From Candidatus Magasanikiibacteriota bacterium (GTDB lineage Bacteria > Patescibacteriota > Patescibacteriia > Magasanikbacterales > UBA922), in contig JAKITS010000001.1 of NCBI GenBank assembly GCA_021648085.1, positions 915,201 to 979,200 on the forward strand: DNA of 64,000 nt, read 5' to 3'. This document shows positions 20,056 to 28,700 of the stretch, one piece after another. Numbering within the stretch: position 1 is the first letter of the stretch; the number at the start of each line of letters is the position of its first letter. The notes beneath the pieces were generated by a model. It had not been told where the DNA came from. It was given only the letters and a program-made list of their open reading frames with translations, and did not search any database. The position numbers and the translations under genes are program-made.

Positions 20056-20784
20056 ATGTCAGGACATTCAAAATGGAGTAAGATTAAAAATAAAAAAGGA
20101 AAAGAAGATCAAAAAAGAGGCGCTATTTTTACAAAGGCGACTAGAGCTATTAATCTGGCGGCACGACAAGGTGGGGGTAATATAGATATGAATTTTTCAC
20201 TTAGACTTGCTGTGGAAAAAGCAAAGTCTTTGAATATGCCAAAAGATAATATTGAAAGAGCTATCAAAAAAGGAGCTGGTGAAACTGGTGGTGTGGATCT
20301 GGAAGAGATATTGTACGAAGGTTTTGGAGTAGGAGGAATTGCAATAATGATAGAAACTTTATCAGATAATAGAAATAGAACAGGATCAGAGGTCAAAAAT
20401 ACATTAACAAAAAATGGTGGATCCCTTGGTGCCCCCGGAAGTGTAAAGTGGCAGTTTGAAAGAAAGGGTGTGGTAAGACTTGTAAATGAAAAGAAAGATA
20501 TAACTGGTGATTGGGAATCTTTACAACTTGCATTAATGGATGCAGGCGCAGAAGACATAAGAGAAGCAGATGAAGGTGTGGAAATAATTTCTGCCACAGA
20601 AGACTTTAAAAATCTATTGGAATTTTTGAAGAAATCTGAAATAGAAACAGATGACTCTGGACTTGAATGGGTCGCAAGAGAACCTTTGTCATTGAGCGAA
20701 GAGGCTAGTATAAAACTTGAAAAGTTGGTAGAAAAAATTGAGGATTGCGACGATGTTCAAGATGTGTTTACAAATCAAAAATAA
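20056..20784 (+). CDS. yebC: YebC/PmpR-family transcriptional regulator
   Basis: N-terminal MSGHSKWSKIK… signature. yebC-ruvC synteny. Confidence 0.85.
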   Translation: MSGHSKWSKIKNKKGKEDQKRGAIFTKATRAINLAARQGGGNIDMNFSLRLAVEKAKSLNMPKDNIERAIKKGAGETGGVDLEEILYEGFGVGGIAIMIETLSDNRNRTGSEVKNTLTKNGGSLGAPGSVKWQFERKGVVRLVNEKKDITGDWESLQLALMDAGAEDIREADEGVEIISATEDFKNLLEFLKKSEIETDDSGLEWVAREPLSLSEEASIKLEKLVEKIEDCDDVQDVFTNQK

Positions 20785-21039
20785 GGAAGTTGGGAAAGTT
20801 GAAAATCTGTATTACCATTTCCGACTCGATCAGGAATCCAGAGTTTACAAAACAGAACTATGGTACAAACCCTGGATCCCCAATCAAGTTGGGGATGACA
20901 GGAGGAAATATGAGATATGATATAAATTTTCATATTTTTTTCAAGTGAAGCGATTTATCAAGAAAAGCATGGCTTTTCGATTCACCAAAAGAGCGAAGCG
21001 ACTGATCCATCAAGCGTTAGCGATACATCATTTTTATTT

Positions 21040-21555
21040 ATGATTGAAAAAAAAGTTGAATACATTTTAGGTGTTGATCCTGGATATGGTAGGGTTGGAT
21101 ATGGAATTATAAAAAAAGAAAAAGGAAACTATATTTATGTGGATCATGGTTGTATAGAAACTTCGCCAAAACAAATTTTTGTGGATAGGTTGGAGACGGT
21201 TTTCAAGGAATTGGAAAAAATAGTTAAAAAATATCCAATTACGTATTCTGCGGTAGAGGATTTATTTTTTGCCAAAAATGTAAAAACTGCAATTGCTGTC
21301 GCGCAGGCAAGAGGCGCAATTCTTTTGACTTTAAAGTTGGCAAATTTACCTATTTATGAATTTACACCTTTGCAAATAAAACAGGCGTTAACAGGTTATG
21401 GTAGAGCAGATAAAAAACAAGTGGAAAAAATGGTAATAGTAAATTTAGGAAAATTAAGAAAAGAACATGACGACGCTGTGGATGCTTTGGCGATTGCACT
21501 TACTTGTGGGGCAACTTTAAAATTTTCGCATAAAGCAGGAATTTTTAGGAAATAA
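21040..21555 (+). CDS. ruvC: Holliday junction resolvase RuvC
   Basis: ILGVDPGYGRVGYGII N-terminal motif. Conserved acidic residues. Confidence 0.85.
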   Translation: MIEKKVEYILGVDPGYGRVGYGIIKKEKGNYIYVDHGCIETSPKQIFVDRLETVFKELEKIVKKYPITYSAVEDLFFAKNVKTAIAVAQARGAILLTLKLANLPIYEFTPLQIKQALTGYGRADKKQVEKMVIVNLGKLRKEHDDAVDALAIALTCGATLKFSHKAGIFRK

Positions 21556-21619
21556 TTATTTTGAAATAAGTTCAATTATTGTGTTATACTAAATACGGAT
21601 CCTTAAAAAGGAGGCTGTA

Positions 21620-21895
21620 ATGAGTAGGTACAAAGGTATAAAGATTTATGAGATTTTTATTACTACACCAAAACATATAACCGATATAAATAAAAAGGTT
21701 TGGCCGCATGTAAGAGGGTTGTTTAAAAATGTTGGAGTAATGGTGAGTGTACTTTCTTCTTCTAAAAAATACAAAGTGCCAAAAGATAGGAATTTATTTT
21801 GGGCTAAACTGTCTCTAACAGAAGTTCAGTTGGAGCAAGTTAGGGCAATAAAAGATGTTCTGCATATTTTCTGCAAAGACAAGATGTTAAAATAA
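21620..21895 (+). CDS. Small basic protein, possibly a divergent ribosomal protein S6 (bS6)-like
   Basis: Strong SD (AAGGAGG) 7 nt upstream. N-terminal …YEIFITTP… and …KKYKVPKDRNLFWAKLSLTEVQLEQVRAIKDVL loosely follow the S6 pattern (YEivf..P … LAYpInK…G.Y…ELE…R..D.V.R). Weak call. Confidence 0.3.
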   Translation: MSRYKGIKIYEIFITTPKHITDINKKVWPHVRGLFKNVGVMVSVLSSSKKYKVPKDRNLFWAKLSLTEVQLEQVRAIKDVLHIFCKDKMLK

Positions 21896-22142
21896 CTGTC
21901 AAAATAAGTCATTTTTGAGTTTTCTTTAAAATTATTATTAAAGTAGACTTCAGAGTGATTTATAGGCAGTTTTTGTTTGACAAATTATCATTTTTCTGTT
22001 ATAGTTTGATTATTAAATTACTGCTTTTTATAAGGAGTCTTTAACAAATATAATAATGTTATATTTGTCAAAGATTCTCTATTCAGAAGCGCGGACCTAT
22101 GTGGACATGCCCGCACAGAGCCCGTTAAAAGTATGCATGGTT

Positions 22143-22442
22143 ATGTTGTCAAAAACAAAGAAAAAGAATATAATTAAGAAATACCAAACTCACGAAGGTG
22201 ATACTGGTTCTTCAGAAGTTCAAATTGCACTTTTAAGTGCAGAGATAGACGAGTTGGTTTCTCATTTAAAAGCTCACCACAAAGATCATTCATCGCGTCG
22301 TGGTCTACTTAGAAAAGTAGGACAAAGACACAGGCTGTTGCGTTTCTTGAAAAAGGAAGATGCAAAATCTTATGAAAACTTGGTGATCGCATTGAAATTA
22401 AAACAAGCAAAAGCTTTCCTAAAAAACAAAGCAACAGCTTAA
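22143..22442 (+). CDS. rpsO: 30S ribosomal protein S15
   Basis: …SSEVQIALLSAEIDELVSHLKAHHKDHSSRRGLLRKVGQRHRLLRFL… is the canonical bS15 sequence. The start is set at the internal ATG at 22143, giving 99 aa. Confidence 0.85.
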   Translation: MLSKTKKKNIIKKYQTHEGDTGSSEVQIALLSAEIDELVSHLKAHHKDHSSRRGLLRKVGQRHRLLRFLKKEDAKSYENLVIALKLKQAKAFLKNKATA

Positions 22443-22448
22443 AATAAA

Positions 22449-23012
22449 ATGGAAAAGAAAATTATTAAAAGTAAAAAACCGCTTAAACACCCCGACCAAA
22501 GAGTAGGGGTGTTTATCGATGTACAAAATTTATATTATAGTGCAAAAAATTTGCATAGTAAAAAGGTAAATTTTGGTGAGATTGTAAAAGAAGCAGCAGA
22601 AGGTAGGAAGCTTATCCGTGCTATCGCATATGTTGTAAGAACAGAGTCAAAAGATGAGCAACCATTCTTTGAAGCTTTGTATAATCTTGGAATCGAAACA
22701 AGAGAAAAAGATTTGCAAATATTCTTTGGTGGAAGTAAAAAAGCAGATTGGGATGTAGGTCTTACTGTGGATGCTATTCGTTTGTCTGCAAGTTTGGACG
22801 CTGTAGTTTTGGTTTCTGGAGACGGAGATTATGTGCCACTGATTGAGTATATTCAAAAAAGTGCTGGTAAACAAGTCGAAGTTATGGCGTTTGGCGGTAC
22901 AACTTCTTCAAAACTAATAGAAGCGGCAGATGCTTTTACAGATTTGAGTGAGGTTGGTAAAAAATTTCTAATTGTAGACAGAAAAAGACGCCCAAGAAAC
23001 AAAAGAAAATAA
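22449..23012 (+). CDS. NYN-domain (LabA/DUF88-like) protein
   Basis: VGVFIDVQNLYYS…VLVSGDGDYVPL matches the NYN/LabA fold motifs. Confidence 0.6.
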   Translation: MEKKIIKSKKPLKHPDQRVGVFIDVQNLYYSAKNLHSKKVNFGEIVKEAAEGRKLIRAIAYVVRTESKDEQPFFEALYNLGIETREKDLQIFFGGSKKADWDVGLTVDAIRLSASLDAVVLVSGDGDYVPLIEYIQKSAGKQVEVMAFGGTTSSKLIEAADAFTDLSEVGKKFLIVDRKRRPRNKRK

Positions 23013-23174
23013 ATTAATTATAGATGGTCTAGAAACAAATAGATCCCTAAAAAACTTTTTAAGTTTTTCGTTGAGGGTCTGTAGTATCTAGATCATCTCT
23101 TGGGAATATCAGCAAATACCATTTCAATAACGAAAGCGTATTTGGCGACATTCCCGTTAGAAAATAAAAATACT

Positions 23175-25388
23175 ATGTTGGTAAATCCAAAAAGTTGGTC
23201 AATTGAGTGGGGAGGAAGGGAGTTAACTATTGAGACAGGAAAACTTGCACTTCAGGCAGGTGCAGCCTGTACTGTAAGGTATGGTGATACAATGATCTTG
23301 GCTACAGCTACTAGAAGTAGTGGTGTTCGTGAAGGGTTAGATTTTTTTCCTTTGAGTGTAGAATTTCAAGAAAAATTATACGCAGCAGGAAAAATTAAAG
23401 GATCTCGTTTTATAAAAAGAGAAGGTCGTCCAAGTGATGATGCTGTTCTTTCTGGGCGTATTATAGACCGAGCTATTCGCCCATTGTTTGACGATAGTAC
23501 AAGAAATGAAGTTCAGGTTGTGACTATGGCACTTTCAGTAGATGGTGAAAACGATGCATTTGTGACAGCATTTATTGCTGCAAGTTGCGCTCTAGCTATC
23601 TCACCAATTCCTTGGAATGGTCCTATTGGAGCAGCTAGAATTGGGAGAGTAGACGGAGAGTTAGTTTTAAATGTTAAAAAATCAGAATTAGAAAACAGCG
23701 ATTTAGATCTAATAGTCGCAGGAACTCCAGAAAAATTAATCATGGTTGAATCTGGTTCAAAAGAAGTCAAAGAGCAAGATATGTTCGATGCAATGAAATG
23801 GGGTTGTGAACAATTGAATCCAATAGTTGAACTTATAAAGAAAATTCAAACAGAACTTGGTACAGAAAAAGTGGAAGTTGGTACAAAAGTTGAAGAATTG
23901 GAAGATATAAAAAAGCAAGTAAAAAAAGCTTCTAGAGATTTTGTATTTTCAGTTGCAGATTCTATGATTTTCGACTCGAAGAAAATTACAAAGAAAGAAA
24001 GAAAACAAACGATGACGGATGTAAAAAATGCATTACAAAGTCATTTGGAAGAAAAAGGATTTAATGAAGATGCTCAGAAAATTGGTTTGGGAGATACAAA
24101 GAAACATATTTCAGATGTAATTTCAAACAGAATTTTGGAAAAAGATGAGCGTTTAGATGGAAGAGGATTGGAAGAGGTTCGTGAATTATTTGTAGATGGT
24201 GATACGATTCCTCGTGTTCATGGTTCTGCGATTTTTATGCGTGGCGACACACAAGTTTTGTCTATCGTGACTCTTGGTTCTCCGGGAGATGTTCAAACTA
24301 TGGACACTATGGAAGAAGATGGTACAAAGCGCTATATGCACCATTACAATGATATGCCATATACTTATGGAGAGACGGGTAGAATTTTTGGACCAGGAAG
24401 GCGCGCTATCGGACATGGTGCATTAGCAGAAAGAGCATTAATGCCTATGCTTCCAACTGTGGAAGAGTTTCCTTACACAATGCGTGTAGTTTCAGAAGTA
24501 ATGGGTTCAAACGGATCTAGTTCTATGGCTTCAACTTGTGCATCAACTCTATCTTTGATGATCTCTGGTGTACCAATTAAAAAGCCGGTTGCAGGAATTG
24601 CAATTGGTCTTGCATCAGATTTGGAAAACGATGAAAATAGATGGAAAGTTTTGACAGACTTGCAAGATGTGGAAGATGGAAAAGGTGGAATGGACTTTAA
24701 AATTACAGGAACAATAGACGGAATTACAGCAATGCAAATGGATACAAAAACTCAAGGATTGAATTGGGATATTGTAGATCAAACTTTAAAACAAAGTGCA
24801 GATGCTCGTACAAAGATTTTGGCAAAAATGTCAGAATTGATTTCTGAGCCTCGTCCAGAACTTGCATCAACAGCTCCTAGAATTGAAACAATAGAAATTG
24901 ATCCAGATAAGATTAGAGATGTGATTGGGCCAGGTGGAAAAATGATAAATAAAATTATTGCTGACACTGGAGTTCAAATGGATATTGAGCAGGATGGAAG
25001 AGTAATCATAACTTCAAGCGACCAAGAAGGAATGGACAAAGCTACTGAAATGGTTTTGAATATTACAAAGGAAGTTGAAGCTGGAGAAATCTATGAAGGA
25101 ACTGTAGCGCGTTTGGAAAACTTTGGAGCTTTTGTAAATATATTGCCAGGAAAAGATGGACTTGTTCATGTAAGTGAAATTGCTTGGGCAAGAATTGGAG
25201 AGCCAAGCGATGTATTAAAAATTGGAGATAAAGTACAAGTAAAAGTGAAGGAAATAGATAATATGAAAAGAATAAACTTATCTATTAAAGCACTACTTCC
25301 AAAACCAGAAGGTTTTGTAGAACAGAGCAGGCCTCCAAGAAGAGACGATAAAAGACAACCAAAACGTTACGAAAAAACAGGAAGTTAA
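23175..25388 (+). CDS. pnp: Polynucleotide phosphorylase (polyribonucleotide nucleotidyltransferase)
   Basis: Two RNase PH-like domains followed by C-terminal KH and S1 domains. The start is chosen at the ATG at 23175 (MLVNPKSWSIEWGGREL…). Confidence 0.9.
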   Translation: MLVNPKSWSIEWGGRELTIETGKLALQAGAACTVRYGDTMILATATRSSGVREGLDFFPLSVEFQEKLYAAGKIKGSRFIKREGRPSDDAVLSGRIIDRAIRPLFDDSTRNEVQVVTMALSVDGENDAFVTAFIAASCALAISPIPWNGPIGAARIGRVDGELVLNVKKSELENSDLDLIVAGTPEKLIMVESGSKEVKEQDMFDAMKWGCEQLNPIVELIKKIQTELGTEKVEVGTKVEELEDIKKQVKKASRDFVFSVADSMIFDSKKITKKERKQTMTDVKNALQSHLEEKGFNEDAQKIGLGDTKKHISDVISNRILEKDERLDGRGLEEVRELFVDGDTIPRVHGSAIFMRGDTQVLSIVTLGSPGDVQTMDTMEEDGTKRYMHHYNDMPYTYGETGRIFGPGRRAIGHGALAERALMPMLPTVEEFPYTMRVVSEVMGSNGSSSMASTCASTLSLMISGVPIKKPVAGIAIGLASDLENDENRWKVLTDLQDVEDGKGGMDFKITGTIDGITAMQMDTKTQGLNWDIVDQTLKQSADARTKILAKMSELISEPRPELASTAPRIETIEIDPDKIRDVIGPGGKMINKIIADTGVQMDIEQDGRVIITSSDQEGMDKATEMVLNITKEVEAGEIYEGTVARLENFGAFVNILPGKDGLVHVSEIAWARIGEPSDVLKIGDKVQVKVKEIDNMKRINLSIKALLPKPEGFVEQSRPPRRDDKRQPKRYEKTGS

Positions 25389-25396
25389 CCTTCTAA

Positions 25397-25432
25397 AAAC
25401 AAAAAACAACTCATTTGTGGGTTGTTTTTTTG
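25397..25432 (+). terminator. Rho-independent terminator after pnp
   Basis: aaaaaacaactcatttgtgggttgttttttt: stem caactca/tgggttg (one G-U pair) plus a T-run. Confidence 0.55.
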
Positions 25433-25519
25433 TTTTGTACATAGTTTTATTTAGTCTACTTATTTTTCATAGTTTGATGTCTTTTTATGGTATAATAAAA
25501 AAGAATTTATTTTTTTGTT

Positions 25520-26965
25520 ATGTCGAAAAGAGAGGTTATTATAAAAACAAGAGATATCGCTGTTACTTATTTTATGGGTAAAAGCAATGAAGTAAAAGCT
25601 CTAAAAAAAATGTCTTTAGAAATTTATAAAGGCGAATTTGTTATTTTTTTTGGTCCTTCTGGTTGTGGAAAATCTACACTTCTTTATTCTATTGCGGGTT
25701 TAGAGCGTCAAGCTACGGGCGAGGCAATAATACAAGGTAAAGATGTTGTGAAGATGACTAATAAAGATTTGGAAAAACACTATCAAAAAACTATTGGTAT
25801 GATTTTTCAAGCTTTTTATTTAATACCTTCTCTTTCTGTTTTGCAAAATGTAATGATGCCTCAGATTGCTATTGGAGTAAGCCCAAAAAAAAGAAAAAAG
25901 AAAGCCTCAGATCTTTTAGAATATTTTGGAGTAGGACCTCAGTCAAGTAAATTGCCAACTGAGCTTTCTGGTGGACAGCAACAGCGAGTGGCTATTAGTA
26001 GATCTCTTGTAAATGATCCAGATATGATTTTGGCAGATGAACCTGTGGGAAACCTAGACTCAAAGTCTGCTGCCGATGTGCTTAGTTTGATTCAAGAGAT
26101 GAACAGAAAACAAAAAAAGACTGTTATTTTAGTAACGCACGATCCTACACATTTGGATATTGCAGACAGGGTTTTTTATTTGAAAGATGGTGCGTTAATT
26201 GATGTGAAAGAAAATAAGAATCCGCGCGTGATTCACAGAATTGGTAAGAAAACTAAAGAAGATAAAGAGCTTAAAAAAGAAAAAAGTAATCTAGAATTAA
26301 TATCTAAAATATACTCAAAAAATACAAAAAAAATAGATGGAATGCTTTTGGAATATAAAGCTAAAGAAATTTTACTAGAAGTTTTAACAGGAATGAATAG
26401 TAGGCAGCTTTTAGTTTTAGAGGAATACACAAAACAAATGATTAAAACAGGTGTAGATGGTAAGAGTGAAATGTATGAATATTTGGACAAAGATTTTGAA
26501 AATGGTGGTGCAGATTTGGATAGTCGTACAGCAAAAGAAATATCAAAAAAAGTAAAAGATATTGTTTCAGAAATGAGGATTGTTTCAGATTCAGATAAGA
26601 TAGAAACCTCAAAACCAATAGAAACATATGTAAAGCAGATAAGATATTATTTGTTGGAAACTTTTGATGTTCAAGTAAATAGTACAGAAAGTTTAGATGC
26701 AATTGACTATATTTTGAAAGACAGGGTTCAGGGTGTAACAGACAAAAAAGGTGTTTTTAAAATGTTAGATTTAGATTTGGAGCACGGTGGTGCGGGATTA
26801 AATAAAAGAACTGCAAAAAAAATTGCAAAACGATTAGAGTTGGTTTTACTTGGAAAATATACAAGAAATAAAAAACGAGAAAAAGAGTTATTAAAAGCAC
26901 AAAAAGAAGAAAGAAAAAAGCATAAAAAAGAAAAAGATACTAAAGAAAAAAAGAATAAATTATAA
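25520..26965 (+). CDS. ABC transporter ATP-binding protein (LolD/MacB-ATPase-like) with a ~250-aa C-terminal extension carrying two repeated modules
   Basis: Walker [10 protein letters not shown], signature LSGGQQQRV and Walker B ILADEP. The C-terminal extension contains repeated LD.D.E.GGA.L..RTAK(K/E)I.K modules and a KE-rich tail. Confidence 0.8.
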   Translation: MSKREVIIKTRDIAVTYFMGKSNEVKALKKMSLEIYKGEFVIFFGPSGCGKSTLLYSIAGLERQATGEAIIQGKDVVKMTNKDLEKHYQKTIGMIFQAFYLIPSLSVLQNVMMPQIAIGVSPKKRKKKASDLLEYFGVGPQSSKLPTELSGGQQQRVAISRSLVNDPDMILADEPVGNLDSKSAADVLSLIQEMNRKQKKTVILVTHDPTHLDIADRVFYLKDGALIDVKENKNPRVIHRIGKKTKEDKELKKEKSNLELISKIYSKNTKKIDGMLLEYKAKEILLEVLTGMNSRQLLVLEEYTKQMIKTGVDGKSEMYEYLDKDFENGGADLDSRTAKEISKKVKDIVSEMRIVSDSDKIETSKPIETYVKQIRYYLLETFDVQVNSTESLDAIDYILKDRVQGVTDKKGVFKMLDLDLEHGGAGLNKRTAKKIAKRLELVLLGKYTRNKKREKELLKAQKEERKKHKKEKDTKEKKNKL

Positions 26966-26968
26966 GCT

Positions 26969-28174
26969 ATGAGACTTTCCGACGCTTTGTCGTTATCCAC
27001 AAGAATGTTTAGAACAAGACCACTTAGAACATTATTAACAGTAATGGGTGTTGGTGTTGGTATTGGAACTGTTCTATTTTTGGTCTCACTTGGTTACGGT
27101 CTGCAAGACGCTGTATTAAGTCGTATTACAACGGCAGACGCTTTACTTAGTTTAGATGTTGCACCAGGAAGTTCAGAGTTAATTACTTTAAATAAAGATG
27201 TAATTGATAAAATAAAAAAAATTCCAAATGTGGAAGAGGTCAGTCCTGTGATTTCTGCTTCTGCACAAATAAGTTTAGAAAATTTGGTTGGAGACGGAAC
27301 AATGTATGCTGTCAAACCATCATACTTTAGATTAAGTGGAGTGGATACAATTTTAGGGGATTTATTTGAGAATAATACTGATGAAAATCCAAAAGCAATA
27401 GTTTCTTCCGCGGCTGTTCAGTTATTCAATATGAACCCAGAAGATATCTTAGGAAAGGAGTTTAATTTAAGTTTTTTTATTCCACGCATAGATGGCGAAG
27501 GTGTGGAGCATTTGGAAATTGTAGATAAGGATACAATGTATTCTATTGTTGGTGTTGTGGCTGATGACTCAGAAAGTTTTGTTTATATCCCTTTGGCTTC
27601 GGTAGAAAGTGTCGGAATAGAAAATTTTTTAGAAACAAAAGTAAAAGTCTCTAGTATAGAAGCAATGGACAATATACGACTTGAAATTGTGGAGATGGGT
27701 TTTTTTGTTTCTGCACTTAAAGATGTAATTGAAGATGCACAAAAAATATTTAGCATTGTACAATTAATTTTAGGTTTGTTTGGTTTGGTGGCACTTACTG
27801 TTTCTGCTATCGGAATGTTCAATACAATGACAGTTATGCTTTTGGAGCGTACAAATGAAATAGGTATTATGAGATCAATCGGCGTCACTCGTAGAAGCAT
27901 TAGAACTTTATTTATTGTTGAGGCAATGCTAATGGGATTTTTGGGTGGGCTTGGAGGTGTTGGTATTGGAATTTTAGGTGGAGAAATTTTTAATTTTATA
28001 ATAAATATTTTGGCAAAAAATTTGGGTGGTGAATCTGTTGACTTGTTTGTAAGCCCATTTTGGTTTATTGGTGTTATTATTTTTTTCTCAACTGTTATTG
28101 GTTTTATGACTGGTGTTTTTCCTGCCAGGCGTGCAGCCAAATTAAACCCATTAGATGCACTGCGTTACAAATAA
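26969..28174 (+). CDS. ABC transporter permease, FtsX/MacB-like
   Basis: N-terminal TM, a large extracytoplasmic domain and three C-terminal TMs with an FtsX-like topology. Directly downstream of the ATPase gene. Confidence 0.75.
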   Translation: MRLSDALSLSTRMFRTRPLRTLLTVMGVGVGIGTVLFLVSLGYGLQDAVLSRITTADALLSLDVAPGSSELITLNKDVIDKIKKIPNVEEVSPVISASAQISLENLVGDGTMYAVKPSYFRLSGVDTILGDLFENNTDENPKAIVSSAAVQLFNMNPEDILGKEFNLSFFIPRIDGEGVEHLEIVDKDTMYSIVGVVADDSESFVYIPLASVESVGIENFLETKVKVSSIEAMDNIRLEIVEMGFFVSALKDVIEDAQKIFSIVQLILGLFGLVALTVSAIGMFNTMTVMLLERTNEIGIMRSIGVTRRSIRTLFIVEAMLMGFLGGLGGVGIGILGGEIFNFIINILAKNLGGESVDLFVSPFWFIGVIIFFSTVIGFMTGVFPARRAAKLNPLDALRYK

Positions 28175-28205
28175 TTTTTTATATATAAAATTGCAAGTAA
28201 TTAAG

Positions 28206-28234
28206 TTGACAGAATACTTTATTTAGTATATAAT
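28206..28234 (+). promoter_or_regulatory. Consensus sigma70-type promoter (TTGACA, 17 bp, TATAAT) driving element copy C and tRNA-Leu
   Basis: TTGACA at 28206..28211 and TATAAT at 28229..28234, read directly. Confidence 0.6.
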
Positions 28235-28281
28235 ATACCCGCCCAATTTAGGTGGGTATTTAAAATAGGTTGTTTCAAGTA

Positions 28282-28444
28282 GGGAATAATTTTCAAAAAT
28301 GCTTTCCATTATTAAAATCTTTAAATTTTGAGCGAGACAAAAAGAAAAAATTTTTGACTAGTCATATCTTCAGAAATATTTTTTCTTAAAGTCGTAGTCA
28401 AAATCTAAATATTTTAATAGAAATGATGTTTGGAAATTATTCCC
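28282..28444 (+). repeat. Copy C of the conserved ~125-nt core element. Closing inverted repeat gggaataattttcaaa (28282..28297) pairs with tttggaaattattccc (28429..28444). It ends 9 nt upstream of tRNA-Leu.
   Basis: Direct alignment with copies A and B. The variable central loop contains the palindrome TGACTAGTCA. Confidence 0.75.
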
Positions 28445-28452
28445 ACAAAAAG

Positions 28453-28533
28453 CGGGTGTGGTGAAATTGGTATACACGCGTGGTTTAGGACCATGTGCCT
28501 TCGGGCGTGAGAGTTCGAGTCTCTCCACCCGCA
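28453..28533 (+). tRNA. tRNA-Leu (anticodon UAG), type II with a long variable arm. CCA is not encoded.
   Basis: Manual cloverleaf fold. Acceptor GCGGGTG/CACCCGC, anticodon loop TTTAGGA and T-loop TTCGAGT. Confidence 0.85.
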
Positions 28534-28538
28534 CTAAA

Positions 28539-28697
28539 ATAGATATATTTTAAAACAATCTTTTGTTGAAACTTTTAGATTTCGGCTGCAAAGTAAAATT
28601 ATCAAAAAACATTATGTATATAAAGCTTTTTTCAAATTTCACTTTTCGCTCGAAATCTAAAAGTTGCACCTAAAAGCTGTTTCAAAATATATCTATA
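28539..28697. repeat. Roughly 160-nt imperfect palindrome (MITE-like or cruciform) immediately 3' of tRNA-Leu
   Basis: Left arm tagatatattttaaaacaatcttttgttgaaacttttagatttcg. The reverse complement of the right arm is tagatatattttgaaacagcttttaggtgcaacttttagatttcg. The central roughly 65 nt is also partly self-complementary. Confidence 0.7.
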
Positions 28698-28700
28698 AAT

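Noticed and set aside
20738-20948. Small ORFs 20738..20920 and 20745..20948 in the yebC-ruvC spacer
   Set aside because: They overlap each other in different frames, lack ribosome-binding sites and have improbable composition. The region is treated as non-coding, as a candidate ncRNA.
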